Below, in pieces: positions 62,845 through 64,000 of a stretch of DNA of 64,000 bases. The position numbers and the translations under genes are program-made. The notes under the pieces are model-generated. The model had not been told where the DNA came from. It saw nothing but the letters and a program-made list of their open reading frames with translations, and made no database searches. Numbering within the stretch: the stretch's first letter is position 1; every line of letters starts with the position of its first letter. The stretch comes from a virus, in IMG/VR virus record IMGVR_UViG_3300026488_000026, positions 14,937 to 78,936 of that record. One strand, 5' to 3'.

Positions 62845-64000
62845 TTTAAATCCTTAACAACTTTAGTAGAACTTAAAGTTATACTAAACGAATTGTCTTT
62901 TAATTCTCTATTTATACTTGTATTATTTTTAATAAAAGTTTCTATTGCTGGAACAACAATTTGACCTTTTTTATAAGTTACTTGTTCTAAGACTTGAATA
63001 GTATTATTATCAACTATTCTTACTACTGTTAAATTAAATGCTTTTGTTTCTTCTTCTATTAAAAATAATTTAGAACCTATTGTTATTGTTTTTGGTAATT
63101 TTTCTATTCTTATTATAGAGGTTTTTTCTTTTGATTCTATTGTTTTTGTGTATTCACTCCATAATGGAAATTTTATTTTTTGTCTTTCATTTTGTAAAAC
63201 TACATTTTCTCCAAATTTATGTTTGTATAAATCTAAATGTGAATATTTGGCATTAAAATTTATTTTTGGATTATCCATTGTTGGATAATGAGTTTCTACA
63301 CCATTAACACTTCTAAAAGAAAAAGTATTAAAAAAATAAGTTTCGGAATAAGAATTCTTATCAGGATACAATACATAAGCATTAGCAAGAGGCACTCTTT
63401 TTATACAAATATGCCATTTTAAATAAAATTGTTTTTCGCCATCATCTACTTTTAAAGCTATCCACTTATTATCAACATCTAAATAAGGGCTATTAATATC
63501 TATTTTTATTCTAAAACAAAATCTACTATTTGGCTCTATAACTTGAGGCAAGTGAATATTATCAAAATAAACACCAAACAAACTATTTGCTTCTATAATA
63601 GTTAATTTTTTATTATAACCAGAAACCAAGCATAAATCTAAATATTGAGTTGTAATTATTGTAGGATTATAATATTCAAATAAAGTTTTTCTTTCCCAAA
63701 GACTATCATTATTATTAAATTCAAGCCAAATTAGTTTATTAACAAACAAATAAGGATTTTGCTTATTAAAATATGTAAAATTTTGTTGTACATTATAATA
63801 TTTAGTAAAAACGCCAATTGTATTAAATTGTTTTGTTTTTTCACTAAAAGAAGATATATTAACAATATTATCTAAACTTTGTTTATAAATAAAACAAGAT
63901 TTTATAGAAAAAATGTCGTTATAAAAAATTTCTTTTGTAACATTACCTATTAAAGGTTTTTTTATTTTATAAAAAACATTTTCATTTATTTGCTCTTGTT
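62841..64000 (-). CDS. Tail/virion structural protein; 5' end beyond window
   Basis: Frame of 62841..63749 remains open to 63998. Confidence 0.7.
   Translation of the reverse strand, partial: QEQINENVFYKIKKPLIGNVTKEIFYNDIFSIKSCFIYKQSLDNIVNISSFSEKTKQFNTIGVFTKYYNVQQNFTYFNKQNPYLFVNKLIWLEFNNNDSLWERKTLFEYYNPTIITTQYLDLCLVSGYNKKLTIIEANSLFGVYFDNIHLPQVIEPNSRFCFRIKIDINSPYLDVDNKWIALKVDDGEKQFYLKWHICIKRVPLANAYVLYPDKNSYSETYFFNTFSFRSVNGVETHYPTMDNPKINFNAKYSHLDLYKHKFGENVVLQNERQKIKFPLWSEYTKTIESKEKTSIIRIEKLPKTITIGSKLFLIEEETKAFNLTVVRIVDNNTIQVLEQVTYKKGQIVVPAIETFIKNNTSINRELKDNSFSITLSSTKVVKDLK

Noticed and set aside
1-64000. tRNA/rRNA genes, integrase, reverse transcriptase/DGR, transposase
   Set aside because: No recognisable motifs by eye; tRNAscan-SE/Aragorn and HMM searches were not run

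Overview
This window is about 64 kb of a very AT-rich, apparently lytic tailed phage with T5-like head, packaging and replication genes and a siphovirus tail tip. A Campylobacterota-like host is an inference from base composition and the FliA-like sigma factor. Layout: (1) 1-16.4 kb, minus-strand late genes (capsid, spanins, protease, portal, fibre proteins, TerL, TerS, holins) with a few plus-strand insertions; (2) 16.7-23.1 kb, plus-strand early genes headed by a Rep/primase-like protein; (3) 23.1-23.9 kb, a non-coding GC-rich island and repeat block, a possible genome end or origin; (4) 24.0-25.6 kb, a three-gene putative pre-early operon including an ArdA-like protein; (5) 26-57 kb, minus-strand replication and nucleotide genes (ligase, four MTases, primase, GGDEF protein, PolA, two helicases, ThyX, dCMP deaminase, sigma factor, SbcCD, NrdAB with a mini-intein, flap endonuclease); (6) 57.5-64 kb, RuvC, endolysin and tail-tip genes. 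The most interesting signal is non-coding. Two promoter-headed, structured intergenic elements carry exact antisense copies of the RBS/start-codon sequences of a different gene class. The element at about 25960-26062, under a sigma70 promoter, matches the RBSs of the three pre-early genes. The element at about 4400-4561, under a late YYGATATA promoter, has three 27-bp hairpin repeats and an 18-bp stem, and is an 18-27 nt perfect antisense of a leader shared by five early genes, mostly operon leaders. Together with a phage sigma28-like factor and its 8-copy late promoter motif, this suggests an sRNA-driven temporal shut-off cascade based on class-specific RBS barcodes. That model is an inference and is untested. 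All family assignments come from motif recognition by eye; no searches were run.
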